Assembly (NCBI GenBank): GCA_902588745.1 | Contig: CACIQI010000005.1 | Location: forward strand, 14,070-78,069 | Direction of reading: 5' to 3' | DNA: 64,000 nucleotides | Origin: an uncultured Alphaproteobacteria bacterium | GTDB taxonomy: Bacteria; Pseudomonadota; Alphaproteobacteria; HIMB59; GCA-002718135 | Shown: positions 63,696 to 64,000 of the stretch, one piece after another | Position numbering within the stretch: position 1 is the first letter of the stretch | How the letters are laid out: each line of letters opens with the position of its first letter | Translations under genes and position numbers: made by a program | The notes under the pieces: model-generated | What the model saw: only the letters and a program-made list of their open reading frames with translations | Told to the model about the DNA's origin: nothing | The model's database searches: none

Positions 63696-64000
63696 TTATT
63701 GAACTACTGTATCTTTAGGATCAATTCCAGCAACTTCAACTGGCGCCTTCATAGCATCTCTTCTAAAAGGTTCTCCTAGTTCTTGATTTAACATAACTTC
63801 TATAAAAGTAGTTATGCCTTCCATTTGATCTTTGCAAGATTTTTGTAAAGCTTCTGTTAGTTCCTCTTGAGTGTAAACTTTAACACCTTTAAATCCACAT
63901 GCTTCAGCAATCTTTGCATAGCTTAATTTAGGATCAAGTTCTGTTCCAACAAAATTATTATTATACCAAAGTGTAGTATTTCTTTTCTCCGCTCCCCATT
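63696..64000 (-). CDS. C-terminal 101 codons of a TPP-dependent enzyme, sulfoacetaldehyde acetyltransferase (Xsc)-like; continues beyond the right edge
   Basis: Not in the ORF track because it is open at the edge. My minus-strand translation gives ...WGAEKRNTTLWYNNNFVGTELDPKLSYAKIAEACGFKGVKVYTQEELTEALQKSCKDQMEGITTFIEVMLNQELGEPFRRDAMKAPVEVAGIDPKDTVVQ*. The layout is an acetolactate-synthase-like C-terminus. The ELGEPFRRDA tail matches my recollection of Xsc proteins, which is unverified. Confidence 0.55.
   Translation of the reverse strand, partial: WGAEKRNTTLWYNNNFVGTELDPKLSYAKIAEACGFKGVKVYTQEELTEALQKSCKDQMEGITTFIEVMLNQELGEPFRRDAMKAPVEVAGIDPKDTVVQ

Noticed and set aside
1-64000. Search for tRNA, rRNA, CRISPR arrays, IS elements, integrases, toxin-antitoxin or defence genes.
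   Set aside because: No spacer is long enough or GC-rich enough to hold a structured RNA gene, and I saw no direct-repeat arrays. Every substantial ORF has a metabolic, transport or regulatory family assignment. The many A- or T-homopolymer runs reflect base composition and are not repeats.

Overview
Very AT-rich, gene-dense window: about 60 CDS, with 1-13 nt gene overlaps and almost no spacer DNA. Proteins are rich in K, N and I. By inference this is a streamlined marine alphaproteobacterium of the SAR11/Pelagibacterales type. I saw no rRNA, tRNA, CRISPR, transposase, integrase or phage genes. All family calls are motif recognition by eye and need HMM or BLAST confirmation. The window reads as an accessory carbohydrate and organosulfur scavenging island. 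(i) 1-7148: an L-fucose-type non-phosphorylative module (lactonase, L-fuconate dehydratase, aldo-keto reductase) plus a CUT2 sugar ABC importer. (ii) 7253-14812: hexuronate-type genes (uxuA, a mannitol-DH-family reductase, an Ldh_2 oxidoreductase, a frameshifted Bh0493-type uronate isomerase) plus an SDR/Gfo/TIM-barrel trio. (iii) 14809-22403: a CUT1 sugar ABC operon with two Gfo/Idh/MocA genes and an embedded 2-hydroxyacid dehydrogenase. (iv) 22539-31980: a FucI/AraA-like isomerase, more Gfo/Idh/MocA genes, a PfkB kinase, a split TPP decarboxylase of the ComDE (sulfopyruvate decarboxylase) type, a mutarotase and a DMT transporter. (v) 31999-38272: an Opp/Dpp-type ABC importer with a 684-aa family-5 binding protein. 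(vi) 38424-44486: a Cys-type sulfatase, a core-only MetE-like protein, alanine dehydrogenase, an omega-amino-acid:pyruvate aminotransferase and a phosphate acetyltransferase. (vii) 45375-51176: an SDR, a HAD-like protein, a second CUT1 importer and a LacI regulator. (viii) 51178-59464: five NTF2/SnoaL-like genes (nine domains) with a bicupin, a second MetE-like protein and a HisD/HpsN-like dehydrogenase. (ix) 59466-61070: a nucleotidyltransferase, an APS-kinase-like protein and CysQ. These are followed by a CaCA antiporter, a GMC oxidoreductase and, at the right edge, the C-terminus of a TPP enzyme resembling sulfoacetaldehyde acetyltransferase. The best candidates for something undescribed are listed here. 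(1) The SnoaL-like paralog cluster, whose three promoter regions share phased TATTCA-N6-TGAATA inverted repeats. (2) ComDE-type genes embedded in sugar-catabolic genes, which may link to sulfosugar or sulfolactate use. (3) Three unrelated binding proteins whose predicted mature N-terminus is Gly-Gly-His, an ATCUN-type Cu/Ni motif. (4) The compact nucleotidyltransferase / APS-kinase-like / CysQ trio. (5) Intrinsic-terminator hairpins placed exactly between the binding-protein gene and the first permease gene in all four ABC operons.
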